This document shows positions 1 through 8,465 of a stretch of DNA of 11,234 nt, in pieces. Below the pieces are notes generated by a model. The model did not search any database and was not told the DNA's origin. It saw nothing but the letters and a program-made list of their open reading frames with translations. The stretch's first letter is position 1; each line of letters starts with the position of its first letter. This DNA comes from a virus: UHGV virus genome UHGV-0140033. The stretch is one strand, 5' to 3'. Made by a program: the position numbers and the translations under genes.

Positions 1-145
1 TCATCCATATCACCACGTCAAAGGGTGACAGCAGGCTCATAAGACGCCCCAGCGTGGCCAGAGTGCGTTCACTGCGTATTTTCATGAAAGGAGATCACTC
101 AATAACTTCCATCGAGATCGGGTAATAACATTTGAACAGATCGCT

Positions 146-211
146 GAATAACATCGATGGAGATCACTTTTGACTCATTTTGTTATTCAGTGATCTCCAT
201 CAATGTTATTG
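146..211. repeat. Near-perfect 22-bp inverted repeat pair (146-167 aataacatcgatggagatcact / 190-211 agtgatctccatcaatgttatt) with a third GGAGATCACT copy at 89-100
   Basis: Read directly from sequence; one mismatch over 22 bp, 22-bp spacer. Candidate transposase-binding terminal repeats or an operator. Confidence 0.5.
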
Positions 212-265
212 GAACTTCACAGGTGTGTTGATCTGTATCTTTTGCCATTCCGGTAAAGGATACCT

Positions 266-1359
266 ATGCCAACAGTTCCAATTTCTATGAGAAAACTTAA
301 AGAAATTCTTAGGCTTAAATACGGTGTTGGACTCAGCCATCGACAAATTGGTCGTAGTCTTGCAATCTCCCCTTCCGTTGTATCCAGATATGCTAATCGG
401 GCGGCTCAACTTGGCATAAAGCAGTGGCCCTTACCTACAGGATGGGATGATACAAAACTAAAACATGCGTTCCTTCAGACCCAGGTTAAGATGAAGAAGC
501 ACTCTCTGCCTGACTGGGCTACAGTACACCGGGAACTGCGTAATAAATGCGTGACGCTGCAGCTACTCTGGGAAGAATACTGTGAGCGTAATCCAGGCGG
601 TTTTTACAGTTATAACCATTACTGCCGGATGTACCGTGAATGGCTCAAAACCACTTCACCATCAATGCGTCAGGTACATAAAGCTGGCGAAAAACTTTTC
701 GTTGATTACTGTGGACCTACCGTTGGCGTTACCGACCCTGAGACCGGAGAAATAAGAACTGCTCAGGTCATCGTAGCTGTTCTCGGGGCATCAAGTTACA
801 CATGGGCAGAGGCCACCTGGTCTCAGCAGCTTGAAGACTGGGTGATGAGTCATGTTCGCTGCTTCCAGTGGTTGGGTGGCGTTCCTGAACTTGTTGTTCC
901 GGACAATCTGAAAAGCGCCACATCCAGGGCATGTAAGTATGATCCTGACGTTAACCCTACCTACCAGCAGATGCTTGAGCATTATAATGTCGCAGTTTTG
1001 CCTGCGCGGCCACGTAAACCGAAAGATAAAGCCAAAGCTGAAGTTGGCGTTCAGGTTGTTGAACGCTGGATCATGGCCCGAATCAGGCATGAGATCTTCT
1101 ACAGCCTTGCATCGCTTAATCAGCGCATTCGGGAGTTGCTGGAAAGACTGAATAACAAAATAATGCAGAAGTTGGGTTATTCACGTGCAGAACTCTTCAT
1201 CCAGCTTGATAAACCCGCACTGAAGCCTCTTCCTGAAGCCAGTTACAGTTACACCCTGGTGAAGAAAGTCAGAGTTCATGCCGATTACCACGTGGAAATC
1301 GACAAACATTACTACTCGGTTCCATGTTCGCTGTTAGGCCAGCAACTGGAAGCATGGAT
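266..1359 (+). pseudogene. istA: IS21-family transposase IstA, C-terminally truncated by IS629 insertion
   Basis: ATG at 266 with AAAGGA SD. N-terminal HTH region; DDE-type motifs (FVDYCGPT, VVPDNLKS, KPKDKAKAE); HYNV..PARPRKPKDKAKAE resembles the IS21 IstA HYNF.PRACRPRRARTKGKVE block from memory. The 380-aa track ORF runs on into the IS629 left inverted repeat, so the last ~16 codons are not istA. Confidence 0.75.
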
Positions 1360-1385
1360 TGAACCGCCCCGGAAATCCTGGAGAC
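1360..1385. repeat. IS629-like left terminal inverted repeat
   Basis: tgaaccgccccggaaatcctggagac; reverse complement closely matches 2644-2669. Confidence 0.75.
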
Positions 1386-1413
1386 TAAACTTCCTGAGAA
1401 AGAGGTAAACAGG

Positions 1414-1740
1414 ATGACTAAAAATACTCGTTTTTCCCCCGAAGTCCGTCAGCGGGCGATTCGAATGGTTCTGGAAAGTCAGAGCGAATATGACTCACAA
1501 TGGGCGACAATTTGTTCCATTGCTCCAAAGATTGGCTGTACGCCGGAGACTCTGCGTGTCTGGGTTCGCCAGCATGAGCGGGATACCGGGGGCGGTGATG
1601 GAGGGCTCACCACCGCTGAACGTCAGCGTCTGAAAGAGCTGGAACGTGAAAATCGTGAACTGCGCCGCAGTAACGATATCCTTCGCCAGGCTTCCGCTTA
1701 TTTTGCGAAGGCGGAGTTCGACCGCCTCTGGAAAAAATGA
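1414..1740 (+). CDS. IS3-family transposase OrfA (HTH/leucine-zipper DNA-binding subunit), 108 aa
   Basis: ATG at 1414 with GAGG SD; [19 protein letters not shown]... is typical IS3-family OrfA with a C-terminal coiled-coil ([13 protein letters not shown]); stop overlaps orfB start. Confidence 0.9.
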   Translation: MTKNTRFSPEVRQRAIRMVLESQSEYDSQWATICSIAPKIGCTPETLRVWVRQHERDTGGGDGGLTTAERQRLKELERENRELRRSNDILRQASAYFAKAEFDRLWKK

Positions 1741-2627
1741 TGCCACTGCTGGATAAGCTGCGTGAGCAGTACGGGGTCGGACCGGTATGCAGCGAACTGC
1801 ATATTGCCCCGTCAACGTATTACCATTGTCAGCAACAGCGACATCATCCGGATAAACGCAGTGCCCGTGCGCAGCACGACGACTGGCTGAAGAGAGAGAT
1901 ACAGCGCGTATACGATGAAAATCATCAGGTGTACGGTGTGCGTAAAGTCTGGCGTCAGTTGTTACGGGAAGGAATCAGGGTGGCCAGATGTACAGTGGCA
2001 CGTCTCATGGCGGTTATGGGACTTGCCGGTGTTCTCCGGGGTAAAAAGGTCCGTACGACCATCAGCCGGAAAGCCGTTGCCGCAGGCGACCGCGTAAACC
2101 GTCAGTTCGTGGCAGAACGACCTGACCAGCTGTGGGTGGCTGATTTTACTTACGTCAGCACATGGCGGGGCTTCGTCTATGTGGCGTTCATCATTGATGT
2201 GTTTGCCGGATACATCGTGGGGTGGCGGGTCTCATCGTCCATGGAAACGACATTCGTGCTGGATGCACTGGAGCAGGCGTTATGGGCCCGTCGACCGTCC
2301 GGCACGGTCCATCACAGTGATAAAGGTTCTCAGTATGTATCGCTGGCCTACACACAGCGGCTTAAGGAAGCCGGATTACTGGCATCAACAGGAAGTACAG
2401 GCGACTCGTATGACAACGCGATGGCGGAGAGCATCAATGGTCTTTACAAAGCGGAGGTAATACACCGTAAGAGCTGGAAAAACCGTGCAGAAGTGGAACT
2501 GGCCACACTCACGTGGGTGGACTGGTATAACAATCGACGATTGCTGGAAAGGCTGGGCCATACTCCTCCGGCAGAAGCAGAAAAAGCTTATTATGCTTCC
2601 ATCGGAAACGATGATCTGGCAGCCTGA
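1737..2627 (+). CDS. IS3-family transposase OrfB (DDE catalytic subunit), 296 aa; probably expressed as an OrfAB fusion by -1 frameshifting
   Basis: DDE motifs including the IS3-family signature [18 protein letters not shown]; A6 run at 1732-1737 in the orfA/orfB overlap (ATGA). Confidence 0.9.
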   Translation: MMPLLDKLREQYGVGPVCSELHIAPSTYYHCQQQRHHPDKRSARAQHDDWLKREIQRVYDENHQVYGVRKVWRQLLREGIRVARCTVARLMAVMGLAGVLRGKKVRTTISRKAVAAGDRVNRQFVAERPDQLWVADFTYVSTWRGFVYVAFIIDVFAGYIVGWRVSSSMETTFVLDALEQALWARRPSGTVHHSDKGSQYVSLAYTQRLKEAGLLASTGSTGDSYDNAMAESINGLYKAEVIHRKSWKNRAEVELATLTWVDWYNNRRLLERLGHTPPAEAEKAYYASIGNDDLAA

Positions 2628-2643
2628 GTTCACAGATAAAACA

Positions 2644-2669
2644 CTCTCCAGGAAACCCGGGGCGGTTCA
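2644..2669. repeat. IS629-like right terminal inverted repeat
   Basis: ctctccaggaaacccggggcggttca; imperfect inverse of 1360-1385. Confidence 0.75.
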
Positions 2670-3096
2670 GATAATCGGCGTGGCAGATGACATATTTTTT
2701 ATCTTTGCTCACCAGTTCGATGATTAACGGAAGTTCATCTGCTTTATGGGCAAGAGCTTTAGCCAGAATTTCTTTGTCGTAATCGAGATTAAAGAACCAG
2801 CCACCGCCATTAAGCAGCCAGTGATTGACGTTTCCACGCTCTGATAAGCCATCAATCATCATTTGCTCATGGTTTCCACGTACAGCTCTGAACCAGGGGA
2901 ATGTGATTAATTCCAGGCATTCGACGTTCTCTGTACCGCGATCGACCAAATCGCCAACCGAGATAAGCAGGTCTTTTTTGGTGTCGAATCCTATCGTCTC
3001 CAGTTTTTTCATCAGGTTCGTGTAGCATCCGTGCAGATCGCCAACTACCCAAATATTTCGGTATTTGCTGCCATCAATTCTTTCGTAATAGCGCAT
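2670..3096 (-). pseudogene. Lambda-type Ser/Thr protein phosphatase (ninI/orf221 homolog), 3' end truncated by IS629 insertion (first ~143 codons remain)
   Basis: [25 protein letters not shown]...GDLVDRG...GNHE metallophosphatase motifs; near-identical to lambda PPase as I recall it up to ...KYVICHADY, where the reading frame enters the IS right end. True start is ATG at 3096, not the track start at 3171. Confidence 0.8.
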
Positions 3097-3280
3097 CTCT
3101 TTCACTCCATCCGCGATGAACCATGAGAACGTCGTTGACGATGGCGTGCATTTTCCCGTCTTTATCATCAACGTATTTTCTGACCGTACCGCGACTACAT
3201 TTCAGTCTGCGTGCTACTTCTGTCTGGTTTCCGTATGCTTCAACGAGCATGTCTGGAATGGTTTTTACTGAGAACGTCAT
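3074..3280 (-). CDS. ninH: NinH-like protein, 68 aa
   Basis: Position between ninG and phosphatase as in lambda; start overlaps ninG stop (ATGA); sequence matches lambda NinH by recollection. Confidence 0.8.
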   Translation of the reverse strand: MTFSVKTIPDMLVEAYGNQTEVARRLKCSRGTVRKYVDDKDGKMHAIVNDVLMVHRGWSERDALLRKN

Positions 3281-3888
3281 GCGGCCTCACTTCTGCTATT
3301 TCGCAGGTCTTTGAGTTTCTGTTGGTACTCTGCCTTGATCGCCTTGCACTCTTCGACAGTCCAGCGATGGCGGTTATGGTTTGATTCGATTTCGTCTACT
3401 GCTTCCTGCCCGATGCGATTAATCAGTTCGACGCGATACGGAACGAGATTTCCGCTTTTATGCTGGTTGCACACCACGCATTGCTTGTGAATATTGCGTT
3501 CATCAAATCGGAGTTGAGGTGCCGCAGCAGTTGTCCGGTAATGTCCGGCATCCCACTGAGCAGACGTGAGCGTTCCGCACGAGATACATGGTAAGTCGCG
3601 GTCTCTTTCTCTGATGAAGGCGTTTACGGCTTGTTGGGCTTGTTTAATCCAGTAACTGCGGGGCTTTAAGGCGAGTTTTCGAATCTTAAGTTTATCTTTC
3701 TGTTTCTGCTCCTCTCGTCGTCGTTTCTTCTCTGCTGCTTTTTCCGCTTTTTCGCGTTCTTTGCTTCGTCGTTCGAGTGCTATCTTGGTTCCACACTCTG
3801 GAGAGCACCACCACTGATTAGCGAATGCAGGGTGAAACCATTCCCGGCATTCATCGTTTTTACATCGTCTTCGCGCTGGTTTAGCCAT
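3277..3888 (-). CDS. ninG: NinG (Rap-like recombination-associated) protein, 203 aa
   Basis: Cys-rich N-terminus ([10 protein letters not shown]...CSPEC), basic KR-rich linker, C-terminal CISC...CVVCNQHK; length and position match lambda NinG. Confidence 0.85.
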   Translation of the reverse strand: MAKPARRRCKNDECREWFHPAFANQWWCSPECGTKIALERRSKEREKAEKAAEKKRRREEQKQKDKLKIRKLALKPRSYWIKQAQQAVNAFIRERDRDLPCISCGTLTSAQWDAGHYRTTAAAPQLRFDERNIHKQCVVCNQHKSGNLVPYRVELINRIGQEAVDEIESNHNRHRWTVEECKAIKAEYQQKLKDLRNSRSEAA

Positions 3889-4157
3889 TATGGTTCGCTC
3901 CAGTAATTCTCAATTGCAGCAGCCATTCTCTGCATCCACTCTGCCAGCTTTAACGCGGCTTCTCTTTCAGAACCACATTTAGGGAAATCCTTCATTTCCA
4001 TGCTGGCCTTATATGTTCTGAATGCCAGGTCTCCGGTAATAACCAGCTCCTGATCAAGCACAGAGCGTTTATTCCGGTGTTGAACGTAATAGACAGATTC
4101 AGTCCGCATTTCTTCTCTGTCTTTTTTGAAGGAAATAAGCTCAGAGAAATCACTCAT
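3888..4157 (-). CDS. Hypothetical nin-region protein, 89 aa (no lambda counterpart at this position)
   Basis: ATG at 4157 with GAGGAAG SD; stop overlaps ninG start; tightly packed in the operon. No family recognised. Confidence 0.55.
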   Translation of the reverse strand: MSDFSELISFKKDREEMRTESVYYVQHRNKRSVLDQELVITGDLAFRTYKASMEMKDFPKCGSEREAALKLAEWMQRMAAAIENYWSEP

Positions 4158-4362
4158 CGTCTTCTTCCTCGTACATTGAGCTATTCGGATCGCTCATCAG
4201 TTCTGCGCAGCAGTGCTCACATACGTGAACTTCCAGCACATGCAGCTTCTGACCGCAGTTAGCGCACGTTAAAGCTCGCTCGACGCTTTCTTGTTCGTAA
4301 CTTCGATTTTGGTCAATCACCTTGTTTTCCTCGCACGATGTCTTAGCCACCGGATATCCCAC
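4150..4362 (-). CDS. ninF: NinF-like zinc-ribbon protein (~58-70 aa; start uncertain, track start is GTG)
   Basis: [34 protein letters not shown] matches lambda NinF by recollection; CxxC...CxxCC motif. No in-frame ATG upstream, so the start may be GTG at 4362 or 4350. Confidence 0.65.
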   Translation of the reverse strand: MGYPVAKTSCEENKVIDQNRSYEQESVERALTCANCGQKLHVLEVHVCEHCCAELMSDPNSSMYEEEDDE

Positions 4363-4499
4363 AGGTGAGCCGTGTAGTTGAAGGTTTTTACGTCAGATTC
4401 TTTTGGGATTGGCTTGCGTTTATTTCTGGAGCGTTTCGTTGGAAGGTATTTGCAGTTTTCGCAGATGATGTCGGTGATACTTCGTCGCTGTCGTCTCAT
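4317..4499 (-). CDS. ninE: NinE-like protein, 60 aa
   Basis: [20 protein letters not shown]... matches lambda NinE by recollection; ATG at 4499 overlaps the upstream stop (ATGA). The 90-aa track ORF is an upstream extension. Confidence 0.75.
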   Translation of the reverse strand: MRRQRRSITDIICENCKYLPTKRSRNKRKPIPKESDVKTFNYTAHLWDIRWLRHRARKTR

Positions 4500-5023
4500 G
4501 CTGCCCTCCTGACGCCCTGCCCGATCGCCATCAATGCCGCTTTGGATACGGTAGTAAACATCCGTCGAGGACTGATGAACGGTCGCCAAATCAGCAGCAT
4601 GGAGCCTTTGCTGTTTCCCTTCTTCTCCAGCCCTGTCGATGGTTCGATAAAATTAATCCGTCCATCAGTGATAATACGAACTTCGTCAACACTCTCCAGA
4701 GCCTTGCTGAACCATCCGACAGACATATCCTCTGGCACAAGCATCACTACCGTCTGTCGCTGTTGTATGCACTGCTCAGCGGCTTTTTCCACCCACGGCC
4801 TGATATTGCTGTACGGTGGGTTATTCCAGATTGCACCGTGGCTTATCCACTCAGAATTGAGTGCGTCGTCGGCCTCAGTTAGCCAGTGAGCGCACAGAGC
4901 GTTTTTGTCGCTCGCTGCCGAATCCAGCCAGAATCCAAACTCAATATCCAGTGCATCAAAAAGCCAAAGCGGCGTTTGCCAGCAGTCCTTGTCGTGTGCT
5001 GGCGTATTTGATTTGATAGTCAT
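4496..5023 (-). CDS. Phage-type DNA N6-adenine methyltransferase (Dam-like); alternative start ATG at 5050
   Basis: NPPY catalytic motif (WNNPPYSN); phage Dam family. ATG at 5023 overlaps ninB stop (ATGA) and is preceded by AAGGGAAGG; ATG at 5050 is also in frame. Confidence 0.75.
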   Translation of the reverse strand: MTIKSNTPAHDKDCWQTPLWLFDALDIEFGFWLDSAASDKNALCAHWLTEADDALNSEWISHGAIWNNPPYSNIRPWVEKAAEQCIQQRQTVVMLVPEDMSVGWFSKALESVDEVRIITDGRINFIEPSTGLEKKGNSKGSMLLIWRPFISPRRMFTTVSKAALMAIGQGVRRAA

Positions 5024-5466
5024 GCAGCCTTCCCTTTTCGTTGTGACCATTCATACTCTCTCCGGGAGTCATCACTCCATCGCACGTTGCGCTCTGAGCC
5101 GAACCAGAACATGATTTCGATAAGCTCAGTCATGTTGGCCTTTCGCATTTTGCTGGTACGCACGCCAAGCATGACAACGCCACCGTCGATACCAGGCGCA
5201 CTTCTTTGCTCCATTTTTTTGGTCTTAAGCCACAGGGCAGTGAACAGATCTTTCCAGTCCTCCGGCGCAAGTCTCTCTCCATGCCAAAGCACCTGACGCG
5301 ATACGTCCTGCAATAACGCCCACATAAGGCGGTTTTGAGGATTGCTCCGCTTTGGTTCTTTAATGTGGACTTCGTGAGGTGACTTGTCGTCGATCGGAAG
5401 TGAGAGTATTGCGTCTATGGCGTTGTTTCTGATTGCTTCGTTGCGAAGCATGTATATTTGCTTCAT
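5020..5466 (-). CDS. ninB: NinB (Orf-family recombination mediator), ~148 aa
   Basis: DVSRQV.WHG...W...FTA...WSD..R.EYEW...G.AA conserved blocks shared with lambda NinB; ATG at 5466 with GAGGTG SD (track start at 5472 is GTG). Confidence 0.85.
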   Translation of the reverse strand: MKQIYMLRNEAIRNNAIDAILSLPIDDKSPHEVHIKEPKRSNPQNRLMWALLQDVSRQVLWHGERLAPEDWKDLFTALWLKTKKMEQRSAPGIDGGVVMLGVRTSKMRKANMTELIEIMFWFGSERNVRWSDDSRREYEWSQRKGKAA

Positions 5467-5473
5467 TGTCACC

Positions 5474-5680
5474 TCAACTCACAAAACGCCACGCCATTTT
5501 TGCTACAGCGACAGGCGCAACACCGATAATCACCCACAGGAGAATGCTACCGAAAAGCACACCCACCAGGTCTTTACCTTCGCCTACCAACCGGACAAAA
5601 CAGCCAGCAACCACAATGAACGTCGCCACCATCCACAGAGCACCGAGAAGCCTCAATGCAGAGAAAATCAACTCAACCAC
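5474..5680 (-). CDS. Small hydrophobic protein (68 aa, 2 predicted TM helices) in the ren/ninA slot between replication genes and ninB
   Basis: GTG start preceded by GGGGGAGAG SD; stop 2 nt before ninB start. Composition is strongly hydrophobic, so chance ORF is not excluded. Confidence 0.4.
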   Translation of the reverse strand: MVELIFSALRLLGALWMVATFIVVAGCFVRLVGEGKDLVGVLFGSILLWVIIGVAPVAVAKMAWRFVS

Positions 5681-5695
5681 GATTTACTCTCCCCC

Positions 5696-5727
5696 AAATA
5701 AAAAGGCCTGCGATTACCAGCAGGCCT
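5696..5727 (-). terminator. Intrinsic terminator on the minus strand (tR2-like position, between helicase gene and nin region)
   Basis: Perfect 8-bp GC-rich stem (5704-5711 aggcctgc / 5720-5727 gcaggcct), 8-nt loop, followed on the minus strand by TTTTATTT. Confidence 0.55.
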
Positions 5728-5752
5728 GTTACAAGCTCAGTGATGTAGATGG

Positions 5753-7129
5753 TCATACGTCCGCCCCTTGTGCATATCGTCTGCCACGCGCAGCAGGCGC
5801 ATTTGATGCTGTGCAAATCTGTCTGGCTTCATCCTGGTCACATGCAACAAAGTGTCCGTTACAGAATCGCTGGTAAACCGTACCAAGCGAGCCAAAACGG
5901 TTTTTCGTCACGATGATTTCAGCAAATGGCGCGGCGCTACTGTTCTCGTCATATACCGCTTCCCGATAGAGCATGATGATTGAGTCTGCGTCCTGTTCAA
6001 TGCTTCCTGAATCACGCAAATCTGCGTTTGTCGGGCGTTTGTTTGGTCGCTTCTCAACATCGCGCGAAAGCTGACTCAGGGAGATAACAGGCGTTTTTAG
6101 GTCTTTCGCCATCGCCTTCAGGCTTCCGGAGATGTGAGCAATTGCAAGGTCGTTGCGGTCTGCTTTCGGCTTCTCAATCAGGCCAAGATAATCCGCCATG
6201 ATGAGTGACAGGTTTGGGTTTTCCTGTTTGTGCCGTTCTGCGATTGAGCGTATTTCTTCGACCGATAACCGCGAGGCATCGACTACCCATACATCCAAAT
6301 CTGCAAGCTGACTCATGCCGTTAGCAACACGTGCCCAGCCCTCGTCATCCATCGATGCAGGATTTCGCAGCACGCTAACCGACATCCTCCCGGCGTTGGC
6401 AATACTTCGCTCTGCAATCTGCAATGCGCTCATTTCCATTGAGAAAATCAATACTCCGCGCCGGACGTCAGAACCAGGAATAACGCGGCTTGCAACGCCT
6501 TCGGCAATCTTCAGCGCCAGTTCGGTTTTCCCCATACCAGGACGAGCAGCGATTATCACCAGGTCTTCCGCGTTCATCCCTCCGGTGATGGCATCAAGTT
6601 CTTCGATTCCGGTCTTCAGGGTATCGGACTCTTCTCCGTTCCTCAGACGCCTGTCAAGCGTGTCAGTGTAGTCAGTAATGATTTCCCCTAACCGTACAGG
6701 TTTTACCTCGTCACGGGGCTTTCTGATGGCTGAAAGACGCTTTACAAGTTCATCCATCGCCTGACTCGATGCGTCGATGGTTCCGCTCTGAATTGGTTCA
6801 CGCATTTCATCCATGATTTCCAGCACCAGACGGCGGTGATAGTTATCCGCGACCATTCCGGCATATCCCTTCAGGTTTGCGGCACTCGGGCAGTTTTTGC
6901 TGGTCATCAGGATTGACGTGAAATGCTCCTCTCCGCACGCCTCGGCAACCATCAGCGCGTCGATTAGGTTTCTGTTTCTCGCCTGCTTGCGGATAACCTC
7001 GAAGGCTTTCCGGTAGAGCGGAATTGAAAACGCTTCCGGCTCAAGCGTTGCCAGAACGTCACTGGCAGTTGGTGTTAATCCACCAATCAGCAGACCGCCG
7101 ATAACGCTCGCTTCGATATCCTGTCTCAT
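5753..7129 (-). CDS. Replicative DNA helicase, DnaB family (P22 gene 12-like), 458 aa
   Basis: DnaB N-terminal domain; Walker [17 protein letters not shown]; RecA-like C-terminal domain; start overlaps upstream stop (ATGA). Confidence 0.9.
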   Translation of the reverse strand: MRQDIEASVIGGLLIGGLTPTASDVLATLEPEAFSIPLYRKAFEVIRKQARNRNLIDALMVAEACGEEHFTSILMTSKNCPSAANLKGYAGMVADNYHRRLVLEIMDEMREPIQSGTIDASSQAMDELVKRLSAIRKPRDEVKPVRLGEIITDYTDTLDRRLRNGEESDTLKTGIEELDAITGGMNAEDLVIIAARPGMGKTELALKIAEGVASRVIPGSDVRRGVLIFSMEMSALQIAERSIANAGRMSVSVLRNPASMDDEGWARVANGMSQLADLDVWVVDASRLSVEEIRSIAERHKQENPNLSLIMADYLGLIEKPKADRNDLAIAHISGSLKAMAKDLKTPVISLSQLSRDVEKRPNKRPTNADLRDSGSIEQDADSIIMLYREAVYDENSSAAPFAEIIVTKNRFGSLGTVYQRFCNGHFVACDQDEARQICTASNAPAARGRRYAQGADV

Positions 7130-7947
7130 GCAATCCCCCTGTCTGCAAACTTCCCTTCACGAACTCCCGTTAACGAATCTTCTCTCAGCAGGTAATCAAA
7201 ATCGGCCGTCCAGCCCGTGTCGTTGTCTCCGAAGTAAAACGGCTTGGCCTGATGCACAAACGCCCTGACATACGCTCTGAAACCGTCCACGTTTGGCGTT
7301 TTCAGTTGCGGGATGATTTTCTTCAGGCGGCGTTTGCGTTTCTCGTTGACCGCAACAGCGTGTGGAAGTCTGTCACCGACTTCGGTGTTGTAGGCGTTCA
7401 GGAAGGATTCGTAGTCGATTCGTTCTGCCTTGCGACGTTCAGGTTTAACCTGCCCATCGCCGCCCCCGTTAGGGGGTAAGGGGGTATTTGTATTTATTGT
7501 CTTTTGTATATTGTCTTTTGTGTTTAGCTGACTTGGCTTATACCCATTAGCCGACTTGGCTAATGTTTTATTAGCTGTTTTGGCTAATGTTAAGCTGTCC
7601 TGGCTAATCCACTGCGAAACCACCTTGTTCACTCCGATTTTCACGCCATCAGCAATGAGGAATTTACGCTCAATAAGCTGGCGCTTGGCAGCGCAAACAT
7701 GAGTGTGATGAATACCTGTCATGGCTGCTATCTGCGTGTTTGTGAGTCGATCCATCGGCTTATTGAATCCGTATGTCTTGCGCATGATAGCGAGCATCAC
7801 CTTCAACTGCCGGACGGTTAAATCAGCCATCAGCAGACTGTCGGTAATCTCGTTAGCAACGCGCATGAAACCATCTTCGGTGTCTGCCACGCGATGCTCC
7901 ACGACCTCCAGTTGAGGCCTGTAATCAGCTAACTTAACGACGCCCAT
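7126..7947 (-). CDS. O: Replication initiation protein O (lambda O N-terminal domain / P22 gene 18-like), 273 aa; contains the origin
   Basis: ADLT.RQ.KV.LAI.RKTYG.NKPMDR motif shared with lambda O N-terminus; strong AGGAG SD; iterons lie inside the coding sequence as in lambdoid O genes. Confidence 0.85.
   Translation of the reverse strand: MGVVKLADYRPQLEVVEHRVADTEDGFMRVANEITDSLLMADLTVRQLKVMLAIMRKTYGFNKPMDRLTNTQIAAMTGIHHTHVCAAKRQLIERKFLIADGVKIGVNKVVSQWISQDSLTLAKTANKTLAKSANGYKPSQLNTKDNIQKTINTNTPLPPNGGGDGQVKPERRKAERIDYESFLNAYNTEVGDRLPHAVAVNEKRKRRLKKIIPQLKTPNVDGFRAYVRAFVHQAKPFYFGDNDTGWTADFDYLLREDSLTGVREGKFADRGIA
7484..7522. other. AT-rich DNA-unwinding region of ori, adjacent to the iterons
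   Basis: gtatttgtatttattgtcttttgtatattgtcttttgtg with tandem attgtcttttgt repeats, flanked by a G-rich palindrome cccccgttaggggg (7465-7478). Confidence 0.65.
7524..7607. repeat. Phage replication origin iterons: four ~17-bp repeats (TTAGCTGACTTGGCTTA / TTAGCCGACTTGGCTAA / TTAGCTGTTTTGGCTAA / TAAGCTGTCCTGGCTAA) at 20-24 bp spacing
   Basis: Read directly from sequence; each has internal dyad symmetry (TTAGC...GCTAA); located mid-gene in O. Confidence 0.8.
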
Positions 7948-8095
7948 GTTTCACTCCTGCTTTGGCTAGTCTGTAAACACCAACAAGGCGCTCTGCGAAC
8001 GCCCTGTTATTTGCTGCGGCTACCACTAATCCCTCAGGTGAATCAGGGTGTCGAATCTCTTCTTTTTCCTGGTATTTCTTACGACGTTTTGTCAT
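7934..8095 (-). CDS. Small basic hypothetical protein (53 aa) between cII and O
   Basis: ATG at 8095 with AGGAG SD; track start at 8140 is TTG. Lys/Arg-rich N-terminus. No family recognised. Confidence 0.4.
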   Translation of the reverse strand: MTKRRKKYQEKEEIRHPDSPEGLVVAAANNRAFAERLVGVYRLAKAGVKHGRR

Positions 8096-8129
8096 AATTA
8101 CTCCTGTGGATTGATCCAGTCTTTCTACA

Positions 8130-8408
8130 TCAGGCCTCAAAACTGTTGCAGCAGTCTTGAGGCTTTTCTTTTGTCAGCACCATGGCTACTTTCTTTGCCA
8201 GCTCTGCTAATTCCTCGTCTTCAACACCCCACTCCAGCACAGCCAGAAGCATGGCCATCTTTGGGATAAAGCTGTCTTTCCATCGCGAAATTTGCGATTC
8301 ATTAATCCCTAATGCATCAGCAACCTTTCGCTGACCACGTACAGCAATTCGATTCAGGATGTTGCTTGTAATTGCATTCGCTTTCTTGCGAGTACTTGTA
8401 AGTTGCAT
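8130..8408 (-). CDS. cII: CII-like transcriptional activator, 92 aa
   Basis: SQISRWK..FIPK.AMLLAVLEWGV matches the lambda CII core; upstream AAGGAAATACTTACATATG is identical to the lambda cII translation-initiation region as I recall it. The 121-aa track ORF is an upstream extension. Confidence 0.85.
   Translation of the reverse strand: MQLTSTRKKANAITSNILNRIAVRGQRKVADALGINESQISRWKDSFIPKMAMLLAVLEWGVEDEELAELAKKVAMVLTKEKPQDCCNSFEA
8386..8399 (+). promoter_or_regulatory. Candidate CII-binding site / pRE -35 region (TTGC-N6-TTGT)
   Basis: TTGCgagtacTTGT within the first cII codons on the opposite strand, resembling the lambda TTGC-N6-TTGC CII site; imperfect second half-site. Confidence 0.3.
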
Positions 8409-8465
8409 ATGTAAGTATTTCCTTAACAAATAAGAAGTTATGCGCATCAAATTATGCGCGTTGTA

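Larger units (their letters stand above)
89..1359 (+). mobile_element. Partial IS21-family insertion sequence (left terminal region plus 5' part of istA), cut at 1359 by the IS629-like element; istB and right end absent
   Basis: istA-like ORF at 266 preceded by a repeat-rich region (GGAGATCAC and AATAAC motifs in direct and inverted orientation) of the kind IS21-family ends carry. Left boundary is not determined; 89 is an estimate. Confidence 0.5.
1360..2669 (+). mobile_element. IS629/IS1203-like insertion sequence (IS3 family), complete, 1310 bp
   Basis: Ends TGAACCGCCCCGG...CCGGGGCGGTTCA are imperfect inverted repeats; orfA/orfB organisation; OrfA and OrfB proteins match IS629 as I recall it; 1310-bp length fits. 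Confidence 0.85.

Noticed and set aside
1-85. Partial minus-strand ORF running off the left edge (ATG at 85-83, [28 protein letters not shown]...)
   Set aside because: Only 28 codons visible, no convincing SD, no family recognised; cannot be supported as a gene from this window.
791-1151. ORFs 791..1090 (minus) and 939..1151 (plus)
   Set aside because: Overlap the istA coding region in other frames or antisense; istA has clear transposase motifs.
2485-2727. 80-aa plus-strand ORF spanning the IS629 right end
   Set aside because: Crosses the IS terminus into antisense phosphatase sequence; an artefact of the junction.
4365-4889. 174-aa plus-strand ORF in the nin region
   Set aside because: Lies entirely antisense to the ninE and Dam methyltransferase genes; Ser/Thr-rich low-complexity translation; no RBS. 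Shadow ORF.
6315-6671. 118-aa plus-strand ORF
   Set aside because: Antisense to the central, well-conserved part of the DnaB-like helicase gene; shadow ORF.
8438-8459. Direct repeat TTATGCGC x2 (8438-8445, 8452-8459) between cII and nutR as a regulatory element
   Set aside because: Short, could be chance; it lies where a rho-dependent tR1 would be and I cannot assign a function from sequence alone.
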